Notes under the pieces: generated by a model
What the model was told of the DNA's origin: nothing
The model's database searches: none
Seen by the model: the letters and a program-made list of their open reading frames with translations, nothing else
Program-made: the position numbers and the translations under genes
Assembly: GCA_038831005.1 (NCBI GenBank)
Contig: JAWBKZ010000005.1
Coordinates: forward strand, 152,146 to 216,145
From: Ignisphaera sp.
GTDB lineage: Archaea > Thermoproteota > Thermoprotei_A > Sulfolobales > Ignisphaeraceae
Length of the DNA stretch: 64,000 nucleotides
Direction: 5' to 3'
Part shown: positions 1-9,670 of the stretch, in pieces
Layout: every line of letters starts with the position of its first letter
Position numbering within the stretch: the first letter of the stretch is position 1

Positions 1-11
1 CTTCATAAACG

Positions 12-443
12 CTATATTGGCTTAACAAAAGATTTTGCACCACATGCTAAACACTTTATATAGTACACTTTTCCTTCCTTACCAAGTTCTGTATCATAGC
101 TACCACATGTTGGACATTTAACGTATGTTTCAAGGAATCTGTTATAGAGCTCTCTTATGCTCTGAGTCTTTATAGAGCTGTATATTGTCAATACATTTCT
201 ATCATCAAGACCACCGGGTTTACCAAGCTCTTTGAGCATATACCTCATTACTATCCTAGGATCTCTTCTTAGTCTCTCACATATATGGTTGAAGTTTTTG
301 ATAACCGTATGATCTCCTATATAATCTACTTCAGGAAATGGTATATCGTAGGCTCTACTAGATTTCTTAGCTGGTAGTAGACTATACGCTCTATCTAGCA
401 TGTAGTCGTAGTCGTTGAGTATCTTAAGCTCATTGTCCACCAA
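12..443 (-). CDS. eif2b: translation initiation factor aIF-2 beta subunit
   Basis: 143-aa ORF with an aIF2-beta/eIF5-type core and a C-terminal zinc ribbon (CPTCGSYDT...CLACGA). It has a GTG start, and a TATAAAT box lies about 27 nt upstream on the minus strand. Confidence 0.85.
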   Translation of the reverse strand: MVDNELKILNDYDYMLDRAYSLLPAKKSSRAYDIPFPEVDYIGDHTVIKNFNHICERLRRDPRIVMRYMLKELGKPGGLDDRNVLTIYSSIKTQSIRELYNRFLETYVKCPTCGSYDTELGKEGKVYYIKCLACGAKSFVKPI

Positions 444-1346
444 TATTCTATCCCTAACCTCATATAGATTTATACTGCTTATAACTTGATATGGATTCAG
501 CTTTTATATAGATTTATATTGGTTAGTTTCATTGTCTCATATCGTTTCTCCTGTATTGGTCTTAGGTTTGCATCATTTTTGGAGGTATTTAGGGGTATCC
601 CTAGTCCCCATATCCTGGTGTACCTATGGAATAATACTGATACATACAGTTACATCTCTATCTCCTGTGAATTTGCATTTAATGTATTTCAGTACTCTAT
701 TACTGTTATCTTCTAGCTTGTTTCTAGACCTGGATACGTTGATGATGTTCTCATAAGGTTAACGTATGATTCTAAAGCCTCTCTCAAGTGTTTTGTATCG
801 TTTTGTATCTTATGGTGAACTACATCTCTCTGTAGAACTGTAGGGATAATTTTGTTGAATATTTTATTCTTCTTTACATTCTTCTTGAGTTTGTATAGGT
901 TTTTGAGAACTATAGTTGAGTTATGTTCATTGACCGGCTCTATGATCCCATCACCTACCTCATGTACATAGTTTATTGCATAGTTCTAGAATCCTCTCAA
1001 TCAATATCTTGTGTATCAGTATCTTTCCAAAGAATATTTCAAGGTATTTAAGCTTAATCATTTCCCAACTGAATATGAATAGTTAGAGTATTTTCTCTCT
1101 ATCAATAGTATAGATGAATATATAGCTAGAATAGAGTTCGTTAGGTGTAGCGTTATAAAGTATAGGAAAAGTATAGGAGAAGAGGTTGTGTTCTCTACTC
1201 ACTAAAAGGTAAAGAGAAGAGATAGAACAGCTACACAAAAAGAGGGTCTATGCATTAATCGTAGCAGAAGAGTTGCAAAAAGCGATATAAACCTATATGA
1301 AGCTCAAAACAGCTACACGAGGCTACAGCTTGAGGTCTTAAACGAT

Positions 1347-2630
1347 ATGGTAAAGATCTATGTAGAGACATATGGTTGTGCAGTAAATAAGGCAGATTCT
1401 CTAATTATGAAGACTATCTTAATCGAGAAGGGGTACGAGATTGTTGATACTCCTGAGGAAGCGGATATCCTCATAGTGAATACTTGTGTTGTTAGGTATG
1501 ATACTGAGGTTAAAATGTTTAAAAGAATTGATCAGCTGTTGAAACTAGGTAAAAAGCTTATTGTTGCTGGATGCATTACCAAAGTCTATCCATATAGAAT
1601 AAGATCACTAGGCCAGTCAATTTCGTTTATAGCTCCTCAAAGCATCAATAGAGTTATAGAAGCCATAGAATCTCAACAGCCTGTAAGTCTGTTCGACGAG
1701 TATAAGTCATTCCAAGTTCTACCGGATATAGTTGAAGGTATAAAAGCAACAATACCTGTAGCCGAAGGCTGTCTTGATGAATGTTCTTTCTGTGTAGTAA
1801 AGATAGCTAGACCTCATTTGAGAAGTGCTCCCATAGAGAAGGTTGTATCTGCTTTCAAGAAAGCTCTAGAGAAAGGAGCTATCGAGATCGAGATAACAGC
1901 ACAAGACCTAGCTGTCTATGGCTATGATATATACAGTAGATACGCATTACCAGACCTTCTAAATGAACTACTAAACATAGATAGTAGAGAATATGTAATT
2001 AGGTTAGGTCAAATGAATCCTCGACACATTGTGAACTTCTTAGACGATCTTATAGCTATCATAAAGAATCCCAAAGTCTATAAACATCTCCATATACCTG
2101 TTCAAAGTGGAAGCAACAAGATTCTACGATATATGAATAGAAAACACAATATAGAACTTTTTCTAGAAGTAGTTAAAGAGCTTAAGAAAAAGATAGAAGG
2201 TATACAGATAGCCACAGATATTATCGTTGGTCATCCAGGTGAAGATGAAGAAGCTTTTACAGAAAGCATTAAACTTATAGTTGAAAACTATATAGATCGC
2301 GTTCATATAGCTCGCTTCTCCCCTAGACCCCAAACCCTATCAGCATTAATGCCACAGATACCAGACCCTATAAAGAAGAGCCGAAGCAGCTATCTAGAGA
2401 AAATATATGAAGCTATAGCACTAGATGTAAACAAGGAGTATGTAGGCTCTATGGCCAAAATCTGGATAACAGAAATCGATACAAATAGAGGGAAAGCTAT
2501 AGGGAGATTATACAACTACAAGCCTGTTGTATTAGATGTTGGTGTAGAAGCTCTAGGTAAGAGAGCTTATGCAGAAATAGTTGATGCAACTTTTTATGAC
2601 CTTAGAGGAAAAGTTGTAGGGTATATCTAG
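1347..2630 (+). CDS. MiaB/RimO-family radical SAM methylthiotransferase (archaeal MtaB/CDKAL1-like)
   Basis: N-terminal UPF0004-type region (YVETYGCAVNKADS), a radical SAM CxxxCxxC motif (CLDECSFC) and a C-terminal TRAM-like tail; 427 aa. Confidence 0.8.
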   Translation: MVKIYVETYGCAVNKADSLIMKTILIEKGYEIVDTPEEADILIVNTCVVRYDTEVKMFKRIDQLLKLGKKLIVAGCITKVYPYRIRSLGQSISFIAPQSINRVIEAIESQQPVSLFDEYKSFQVLPDIVEGIKATIPVAEGCLDECSFCVVKIARPHLRSAPIEKVVSAFKKALEKGAIEIEITAQDLAVYGYDIYSRYALPDLLNELLNIDSREYVIRLGQMNPRHIVNFLDDLIAIIKNPKVYKHLHIPVQSGSNKILRYMNRKHNIELFLEVVKELKKKIEGIQIATDIIVGHPGEDEEAFTESIKLIVENYIDRVHIARFSPRPQTLSALMPQIPDPIKKSRSSYLEKIYEAIALDVNKEYVGSMAKIWITEIDTNRGKAIGRLYNYKPVVLDVGVEALGKRAYAEIVDATFYDLRGKVVGYI

Positions 2631-2946
2631 ATCTATAACCTAAAGACATAAGGAGACAAATATATTATACCTACTGTATAGATTCATAGGTTCTAAAGTT
2701 TAGTATAGGTGCATCAGGGAGGGCTTAAAAATTGATTAGTCGTCTTATATCGCTAGATTAGGATATATATGATATCTTCTATTACTCTTCATATGAATAT
2801 CATAAAATATAAATAGCTAAAACTCTCTAACAGCATTATTATCCATCTCATAATTTCTACTTTAAATAACGAAGTTAGCTATAGGTATGGCGCAGAGATT
2901 ATAGATATCATTGTATATAAAAATGTATACAAAGTATAGATGGTTC

Positions 2947-3447
2947 TTACATCTTTATTTCATAACTTGATCCATTCATCCAGACTAGTAATGGTTCTTC
3001 AGAACCTTTATGACCTTTAACTACTTCACCAATAACTATTACATGGTCTCCAGCAACATGCTCTGTCACAAATATACATTCTATTGATAGAGGTGTACCT
3101 GGAATTATTGGTGCAACTACTTTTTCTGCTTTAATTGGCTGTATGCCAGCTAACTCAAACTTATCTCTATTTCTACCACTCAAACCTCCAAATATCTCTA
3201 ATGCCATCTTTTCAAATCTCTTAGAGACTACATGAACAACAAATGCTTTGTACTCCTTTATGAGTTGGTATGTGTATCGTGATCTAGTCATTGAGACTGC
3301 TATCAGAGGTGGATTCCAGGAAACTCTGGAAACCCATGCAGCTGTCATGCCACCTCTCTTACCCGATTTCTCGGGATCTCCAGCAGTAACTATTGTTAAT
3401 GGGTGTGGTATTAGATCTAATGCTTCAAGAGGATCTAATTCAATCAT
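2947..3447 (-). CDS. flavin reductase-like FMN-binding protein
   Basis: 166 aa with the split-barrel flavin reductase signature GGMTAAWVSRVSWNPPLIAVS. Confidence 0.7.
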   Translation of the reverse strand: MIELDPLEALDLIPHPLTIVTAGDPEKSGKRGGMTAAWVSRVSWNPPLIAVSMTRSRYTYQLIKEYKAFVVHVVSKRFEKMALEIFGGLSGRNRDKFELAGIQPIKAEKVVAPIIPGTPLSIECIFVTEHVAGDHVIVIGEVVKGHKGSEEPLLVWMNGSSYEIKM

Positions 3448-3507
3448 ACATGTGCACCTATAGCTAGCACTTTAGACACAAAAATAAGTATTGTTTTGGT
3501 TCATGCA

Positions 3508-3810
3508 TTATACGAATTCCTTCTCTTCGTACATTCTATTAAGGGTATTCTTCATTCTAATAAATATGTTCAAATCTATGGTTATTAACACGATGACTAT
3601 AACGAGTAGCAGCATAATCATTATTAGATGTAGAGGTGTTGTACCATAGCCAAAACATATGGGAACAAAGGATACAAGTATACATCCACCTACATTAATA
3701 TCGATTCTCGAATTATTGGGGATGGCGATAAATAGTGGTATTAATGTAGCAACCATGGCTATAAGGAATCCCAGTACTATAAGTATGAAACTTAGTGTAA
3801 TTAACTTCAT
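3508..3810 (-). CDS. small archaeal membrane protein, DUF131-like
   Basis: 100 aa with two or three TM helices flanking a Gly-rich segment (NVGGCILVSFVPICFGYG). It is a tandem paralogue of the next gene. Confidence 0.45.
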   Translation of the reverse strand: MKLITLSFILIVLGFLIAMVATLIPLFIAIPNNSRIDINVGGCILVSFVPICFGYGTTPLHLIMIMLLLVIVIVLITIDLNIFIRMKNTLNRMYEEKEFV

Positions 3811-3812
3811 AT

Positions 3813-4091
3813 CTATGGACCTCTTATCCTAATTAATCCAGTTGTAATAAGAAAAGTAATCAATGTTACGAGTGTTAAAATTATTGCAAGTATGATTAAA
3901 ACTTTGGATGCTTTCTCACTAGTTCCAATAACTATCGGTATAGGGCCTATAACTATAACCCCTCCGCCCTTAACTTTACTATCCTTCTCAGAATTCTTCA
4001 AGCCATCTACAATCAAAAGAGCCACACCTATAAATATTAATGCAAAGGCTACAACAATTAGCATAATTGTGATCTCTAGTAGACTCACCAT
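3813..4091 (-). CDS. small archaeal membrane protein, DUF131-like
   Basis: 92 aa with the motif GGGVIVIGPIPIVIGTS between two TM helices, as in the TIGR00304/DUF131 family. The gap to the downstream paralogue is 2 nt. Confidence 0.55.
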   Translation of the reverse strand: MVSLLEITIMLIVVAFALIFIGVALLIVDGLKNSEKDSKVKGGGVIVIGPIPIVIGTSEKASKVLIILAIILTLVTLITFLITTGLIRIRGP

Positions 4092-4218
4092 ATTTCACCC
4101 GAGTTTATCGAAGGCACTGACCGCTAATAAGCTCTAGATAATAAGCTCTAAATGTTCTTGAATTTCTTATACTTGATTAAATTAATGTAGCTGCTACTAT
4201 AAAATATTTAAATAGGTA

Positions 4219-5595
4219 GTGATGCAGTATAGGTATAGGGGTAGGGATATGATAGAGAGATTAGTAGATGAGTTAACTAGAGTAGCTACACAGATTATTG
4301 CAGCTATACCCTCAGTTGTTCTTGCACTAGTAATCATATTAATTGGTTATGGAATTGGTGTTGTTGTTAAAGGAGCAATCAGGTTACTATTTAATAGAGT
4401 TCTAGGAAGATTTCTAGAGAGAACAGCTGTAGGAATAAGGCTTAAGGAAGCTGGTATTGATTTAGGTCGCCTCATAGGCACATTTATATTCGTACTTATT
4501 GTAGCGATATCGATTATGTTCGCTATAGACGCTGCTGGACTTCCTGGTGGAGAGTTTATAAGAACGTTTATAATAATTGTTATTAATGTTCTTGGAGGAT
4601 TTGTCGTATTATCGATAGGTATACCTCTAGCAGTACTTGGTGCAGAATATTTAGCTAAACTTGTAGCTCTACCTCTAAGAGATAAGCACGAAGTTTTCGA
4701 GAATCTTACTTCAACAGCTCTATCAGTAATCCTAATACTGTTCGTCTTTGGAATTGCTATATCGATTATGTTTGCTACACCAAATCTACTAACCACCTTA
4801 ACAACAGCTCTACCATCAGGAATTATGGCCGGTATTATAGTTGTTATAGGCTACATTATTGCCGATATTGTTGGAAAATTTGTTAAAAGTATCGTGGAAT
4901 CTGTATCTAAACCTCTCGAGGAAACAGATGTAGGCAAAGCACTTAAAGATGCAGGTATAGAGACACCATCACTTGTAGCAGGTCTTGTTAAAGCAACAGT
5001 AATAGTTATAGCGATTGCTGTAGGCTTAGGTATGATAGGGGCAACAGGTCTTGTTGGAGATATTCTGTCTACAGCAGCATTCTATTTACCTAGAATTCTA
5101 GCTACAGCAGCATTACTGACTCTAGGTTTGGCTTTAGTAGTGATACTGGCCAAATACATAGGTAGATTGTTTAGAGCCGTAGCCAAAGAGAAATTCGAGC
5201 CATTGGCACATCTAGCTGAAAACCTTATAGCTATAGGATTAGTAGCAGTACTAGTTACCATAGCTCTAAACATACTTGGACTTCTTGGAAACCTAGTATA
5301 TGCATTAATTATGGGTTCAATAGTGCTAGTCATAGGCATAATGGTTGTAGATGTTCTAACAAGAATGCTCAAAGAAGTACATCCAGCCTATGAAAAACTA
5401 GTACCAGTAGTAGGAGTCACTATAGCGTTAGTATTTGCGTACGTAGGTATGTCAGCAATATTGTTGCAGATACCAGGAGCATCAGAAGTTCTAAGAACAG
5501 TTGGATGGGGTATAGCTATAGCTTTTGCAGTAGTATTAATACCTATAGTATTCTACTTCGCAAAGACAGCTTGGAAAGAAGCTTCAACCACATAA
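4219..5595 (+). CDS. polytopic membrane protein with repeated conserved-TM-helix modules
   Basis: About 10 TM helices with internally repeated amphipathic linkers (RLKEAGIDLGRLIG / KALKDAGIETPSLVAGLVK). The likely true start is the ATG at 4249 (MIERLVDEL), downstream of a TATA-like ATATTTAAATA. Confidence 0.5.
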   Translation: MMQYRYRGRDMIERLVDELTRVATQIIAAIPSVVLALVIILIGYGIGVVVKGAIRLLFNRVLGRFLERTAVGIRLKEAGIDLGRLIGTFIFVLIVAISIMFAIDAAGLPGGEFIRTFIIIVINVLGGFVVLSIGIPLAVLGAEYLAKLVALPLRDKHEVFENLTSTALSVILILFVFGIAISIMFATPNLLTTLTTALPSGIMAGIIVVIGYIIADIVGKFVKSIVESVSKPLEETDVGKALKDAGIETPSLVAGLVKATVIVIAIAVGLGMIGATGLVGDILSTAAFYLPRILATAALLTLGLALVVILAKYIGRLFRAVAKEKFEPLAHLAENLIAIGLVAVLVTIALNILGLLGNLVYALIMGSIVLVIGIMVVDVLTRMLKEVHPAYEKLVPVVGVTIALVFAYVGMSAILLQIPGASEVLRTVGWGIAIAFAVVLIPIVFYFAKTAWKEASTT

Positions 5596-5818
5596 CAAAG
5601 CCATTTTTTAACTTGTATTCTGTGTAGTTTGGACCAGAGGTAGCTGATATAGATCTTAATGAATCACAAACTATATTTGTTTAATGAATCTAGTCACTAT
5701 TTACTAAATAATGAATAAGATTTGATGAAGCTGAATGTTTAGTATGTATATAGAATTGTAAGAAAATAAAGTGTCTTGATAATTAGTTGACTTAATGAAA
5801 TTTGCTAAGTTGATATAA

Positions 5819-6003
5819 GTTCTTTGTGAAAACATTCAGAACCTTAATCCAGCAGGAAGAAAAATTAGTGAAGTAACTATTGGTGGAAGGACATGGGAGA
5901 TATGGAGATAGGATAATGTTTCTTGGGGTGGTTGGCAATACATTTGCCCTTTAGGACAGTGCCTAACCATTTAGTGTACATTTTGTGTCTAAATAGTTAT
6001 TGA
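5819..6003 (+). pseudogene. relic of a GH12-type endoglucanase (C-terminal fragment)
   Basis: The open frame reads NIQNLNPAGRKISEVTIGGRTWEIWR*DNVSWGGWQYI, with an in-frame TAG at 5909-5911. A frame-shifted continuation (PFRTVPNHLVY...) follows. The pattern PxG..x..VTIGGxTWEVW...GGW.YI recalls family 12 glycoside hydrolases. There is no start codon and no N-terminal half. Confidence 0.3.
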
Positions 6004-6213
6004 TTTGAGGTATAGATTGAGCTCTCAAGAATTAATAAGAATTAATAGTATGGTCTAGACACTAAATGAATATGTTTTCAACGTTTAAATAAATTAATGT
6101 ATCAAAGCTTTAGCATCTAGTTTGACAACAATATGTTATTGGCATTGTCTATGATGCTTAATTAAAGAGCTAATTATAGTCTTTCTTAAGTTAGGAGTAG
6201 TTTGGAAAGCTAT

Positions 6214-7419
6214 CTACATGGCTTTTTCAACAGTAAGTTTCTCTATTGTTTCTATGTAGTTCTTTATTTGTGGGGGTATGTCTTTTATATCTATGCTTAT
6301 GAAGCCTCTTAGCAGTATACCTACAGCTTCTTCTCTCGAGAATCCTCTACCGATAAGGTAGTTGATCTCTTCTTCAGCCAGTCTACCTATAGATGCTTCA
6401 TGTGTTAGTATGGTATTTGGTGATAGAGCGCCTAGTTCTGGTACTGTGTATATGTATGCTTTATCTGAGAGCATAAGCCCTCGACAGTCTATATGTCCTT
6501 TACCAGATCTACCTATTATAGATGCTCTGGCAATAATTTTAGAATTATCTCTTGCTAGAGACCTGGAGACTATTTCTGCTACAGCGTCTTCACCTTCTAT
6601 GTTGATACCACTACCAACGTCTATGTGTGCATCATCTAGTCCAAGAACTATGGAAGCTAGATAGGTGTACGCATTACTTTCTAGAGTAACTATGGGATAT
6701 GTTTGGATAGACTTAACTTTACCTATATTCACGTAATAGGATATGTATCTACCTCCACGTTTTACTTGTACAGCTGTTCTAGGCCTCACATGAGCTACCC
6801 TATTCCATGAATGTACCATAACGAATCGTAGAGTGGCATTCTCTTCGACATAGAATTCAGATATACCTATGTGGAGACCAAAAGATTCTGGAGCTATTGT
6901 GCATCCAGTATAGACAGTTGCTTCAGCATTTTTCTCAACTATGACTATATTGTGTGGTGCCTGTATACCGCCTATGCTCATGAATAGGCATGCCATTACC
7001 GGTTCAGTAACTTTGGTACCACTCTTAATCTTTATAAAATATCCTCCTCTACCCTTTAATGCAGCTAAAGCAGTATATTTATCCTTCCCCGGATCAATTA
7101 ATCTCCATACATATTCTTTTGCTTCATCTGGTCTAGATTCTATAAAGTCCTCAAGCCTCATAACCTCTACACCAGGTATCTTACTTAGATATCTAAAGTA
7201 TGTTTGATCTACTTGAGTATAGATAGCTTTAGCAGATAGATCTACACCTACTTCTCTAACTTTCGATTCATCTATAGCTGTAGAACCTTCTCTAGAATAG
7301 TTTATGAATTGAGATATATCAATATCTATACCGTAAGGCGATGATAATGCTAAGCCTTCTCTCGCTCTTGACTCAATAATTTTAAGCCAGTTCTCTAAAC
7401 CCATGACTAAACACCTCAT
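6214..7419 (-). CDS. Fe-S cluster assembly scaffold protein, SufB/SufD family
   Basis: 401 aa with a beta-helix SufBD core (YVNIGKVKS..., HEASIGRLAEEEINYLIGRGFSREEA). It overlaps the upstream sufC by 38 nt. Confidence 0.8.
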   Translation of the reverse strand: MRCLVMGLENWLKIIESRAREGLALSSPYGIDIDISQFINYSREGSTAIDESKVREVGVDLSAKAIYTQVDQTYFRYLSKIPGVEVMRLEDFIESRPDEAKEYVWRLIDPGKDKYTALAALKGRGGYFIKIKSGTKVTEPVMACLFMSIGGIQAPHNIVIVEKNAEATVYTGCTIAPESFGLHIGISEFYVEENATLRFVMVHSWNRVAHVRPRTAVQVKRGGRYISYYVNIGKVKSIQTYPIVTLESNAYTYLASIVLGLDDAHIDVGSGINIEGEDAVAEIVSRSLARDNSKIIARASIIGRSGKGHIDCRGLMLSDKAYIYTVPELGALSPNTILTHEASIGRLAEEEINYLIGRGFSREEAVGILLRGFISIDIKDIPPQIKNYIETIEKLTVEKAM

Positions 7420-8098
7420 CTATAAGTTCCCTACCACCACAAACCTTTACATTACCTGAAATGAGTATACATACCTTTGTAGGCTCTATATACTTAGATA
7501 TCAATGCTGAATGAGTAACTATAACTATTGACTTGTATGGCGAAATATCTATAATCCTCTTAATGGCTTTAGCTATAACAGCTATAGAATCTACATCTAC
7601 ACCACTATCTGGCTCATCTATGAGAGCTAGCTTCGGTTTCTGAGCTAATAGCATAGACATTTCGATTCTCTTTAACTCACCACCAGAAAATCCTTTACCA
7701 AACTCTCTATCCAGAAGATGTATTATGCCTAACTCATTAGCTATCTCATATACATCACAACCCGTTCTTCTACAAAGAGCTTCTAAAAGACTTCTAGCCT
7801 TAACTCCAAGTAATTTAGGTGGTATCTGATGAGCAAGAGCAAGACCTTTACTAACCCTAACCTCCATAGATGAATCAGTTATATCTTCTGAATCAAAATA
7901 AAGTCTCCCTGAAACAATTGTATAACCTGGATATCCTATCAAAGCCTTAAGAAGAGATGATTTACCAGCTCCATTAGGTCCTAAGAGAAACACAATTTCA
8001 TTTCTATCTATAGTTAGAGAGACATCTTTAACAACAAATCTTCCACCAACAACTACGCTAAGATTATCAATTTTCAGTACCTCCATAGCTAACACCAT
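7382..8098 (-). CDS. sufC: Fe-S cluster assembly ATPase SufC
   Basis: Walker A GPNGAGKSS, signature FSGGELKR and Walker B LALIDEPDSGVD. The start may instead be the internal ATG (MEVLKIDNLSV). Confidence 0.9.
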   Translation of the reverse strand: MVLAMEVLKIDNLSVVVGGRFVVKDVSLTIDRNEIVFLLGPNGAGKSSLLKALIGYPGYTIVSGRLYFDSEDITDSSMEVRVSKGLALAHQIPPKLLGVKARSLLEALCRRTGCDVYEIANELGIIHLLDREFGKGFSGGELKRIEMSMLLAQKPKLALIDEPDSGVDVDSIAVIAKAIKRIIDISPYKSIVIVTHSALISKYIEPTKVCILISGNVKVCGGRELIDEVFSHGFRELA

Positions 8099-8121
8099 CT
8101 TAGTAGAGGTTATGATCTAGC

Positions 8122-8141
8122 AGACTATAAGTGTATAGTCT
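8122..8141. repeat. perfect 8-bp inverted repeat AGACTATA-agtg-TATAGTCT upstream of the suf operon
   Basis: Read directly from the sequence. It lies 24-43 nt upstream of the sufC start at 8098, in the position of the TATA/BRE region. Confidence 0.85.
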
Positions 8142-8837
8142 ATGAACTTTTTAATAGATGTTAAAGTCTGAAATGTAAAAGAAAACAAAAACCTCAAGAG
8201 AACGATATATAGATCCTCAACATCAGTACCTCCTAACATTATATAGAAATATCCTCTATATTTCAACAAATTCACTAAGGCTATCTTCTTAAACACTCTA
8301 ACACTATTTAAATCAGTATATGAAGACTAATAAGATGTGTCTATACGAAGATAAATTGAATTCATTGCTAATTTTCAATTTCTGTATATAGTGCTACTTA
8401 AATCAAATGATACAGATAATATGCAAAAGCTAAGCGATCAATGTTACTAACCAACTTTACATATGATACCGACCGAATGAGATAAATATTAATGCTAATG
8501 CTCCACTATCTATGTTCTATACACAAGATCTAAATGGGTAGAAGACCACAATCTTGTATTACTAATTACTGAATGAATCGCTTTAGTGATCACATCACTC
8601 TTAATACTGTTAATAATTAATTACTGTCGATGAATTTCAATAAGATAAGAATTAACATGGATGTATAGCAATTTTTAATATATCTATAAGATATACTTAA
8701 AAGATATACTTAAGATTCACATCATCTGGAGGTATCAGCTATAGAATTTCGCTCATGAGAGACCTCTATTGTTGTTTCTAGATAAAAATTAGTTGATAGA
8801 GTATATGAATGTTTTAGTAATGATCTAGAGGTTTGAT

Positions 8838-9560
8838 TCATACTTTAACCTTTATTAATGCCTCAAGTACTATTCTTGATGCTCTATCTACATAGTATTT
8901 TAATTCTTCTGCTGTTGCAAATCCTAATTCTTCTACAAGTGAATCACTTACAAGTAGTAGAGCGCCTGTTTTCATGCCCCTCATAGCGCCTAGCATGAAT
9001 AGACCTGCACACTCCATTTCTACAGCTATTATACCTCTACTGCTCCATCTCTTAACGAATTCTGGGTCTTCTGCATAGAATGCATCGCTACTTACTATAG
9101 GGCCTATAGCGTATTTTACAGCTGCTTTTTCAGTTTCTTCAACAAGAGCTTTAAGTATCTCGTAATGTGGAGAACAAGCCATACAGACGTTATCTCTTAG
9201 GTATTGATAGAATGCTCCCCCTGGGTGATATGCAGCTCCAGTAGGTATTATTAGATCACCTATTTTGAGTCCCTTCACCATTGCTCCACATGTACCGAAT
9301 CTAATGATTGCTTTTGCGCCAAGCATTATCAGTTCCTCTATAACTAGCATTGACGAAGGATGACCTACACCATGCATTGCAACAGATATTGGTATACCCT
9401 TGTAGTTGCCTGTATAGACTAGTAAGCCTCTGTTTCTATTAACGAGAACAGGATTATCTAGAATTGATGCAACTTGTTCTACTCTAGCTGGATCGCCAGC
9501 AACAATAACTCTTTCAGCTACTTCACCTTTCTTTGCCTTTATATGTATGGGTCCCATCAT
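8838..9560 (-). CDS. hexameric purine nucleoside / 5'-methylthioadenosine phosphorylase (DeoD family, SsMTAP-like)
   Basis: It resembles, end to end, my recollection of Sulfolobus MTAP I: HIKAKKGEVAERVIVAGDP, NRGLLVYTG, FYQYLRDNVC, SSDAFYAEDPEFVKRWSSRGIIAVEMEC. Confidence 0.85.
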   Translation of the reverse strand: MMGPIHIKAKKGEVAERVIVAGDPARVEQVASILDNPVLVNRNRGLLVYTGNYKGIPISVAMHGVGHPSSMLVIEELIMLGAKAIIRFGTCGAMVKGLKIGDLIIPTGAAYHPGGAFYQYLRDNVCMACSPHYEILKALVEETEKAAVKYAIGPIVSSDAFYAEDPEFVKRWSSRGIIAVEMECAGLFMLGAMRGMKTGALLLVSDSLVEELGFATAEELKYYVDRASRIVLEALIKVKV

Positions 9561-9670
9561 TTATCGATCCCAGAATCTATGAATGAGGTAGAGTATATAT
9601 GTTCTATGGTGTTTAACTAAAGAATATCTTAAAGAATACTTATATTGACTAGAAATCAAATTTTTCGTGA

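Noticed and set aside
486-756. Two overlapping plus-strand ORFs (76 and 74 aa) in the gap after aIF2-beta
   Set aside because: They are mutually overlapping, hydrophobic and low-complexity, and start at non-ATG codons. They have no promoter or SD context and no motif, so they are more likely chance ORFs in AT-rich DNA.
4347-5372. Antisense ORFs from the track (4347-4796, 5082-5372). Similar cases are 3248-3463, 3892-4137, 6362-6664, 6941-7207, 13368-13583, 16163-17211, 18318-18698, 19074-19283, 19673-19885, 20323-20520, 23174-23764, 24882-25070, 27190-27570, 27972-28217, 29243-29809, 30850-31059, 35188-35800, 36200-36838, 37547-37780, 40174-40536, 41643-41843, 42215-43534, 43880-44098, 46031-46482, 47510-47719, 47975-48511, 49078-49677, 50697-51011, 53096-53598, 55196-55381, 56914-57102, 58158-59225, 59382-60506, 61949-62383 and 63088-63273
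   Set aside because: Each lies entirely opposite or inside a longer ORF that has clear family motifs. Their products are low-complexity or Ser/Ile/Leu-rich shadow translations without recognisable domains.
8117-8239. 40-aa minus-strand ORF (MLGGTDVEDLYIVLLRFLFSFTF...) immediately upstream of sufC as a leader peptide
   Set aside because: It is short, has no conservation evidence available and spans the predicted suf promoter and palindrome. This cannot be supported from the sequence alone.
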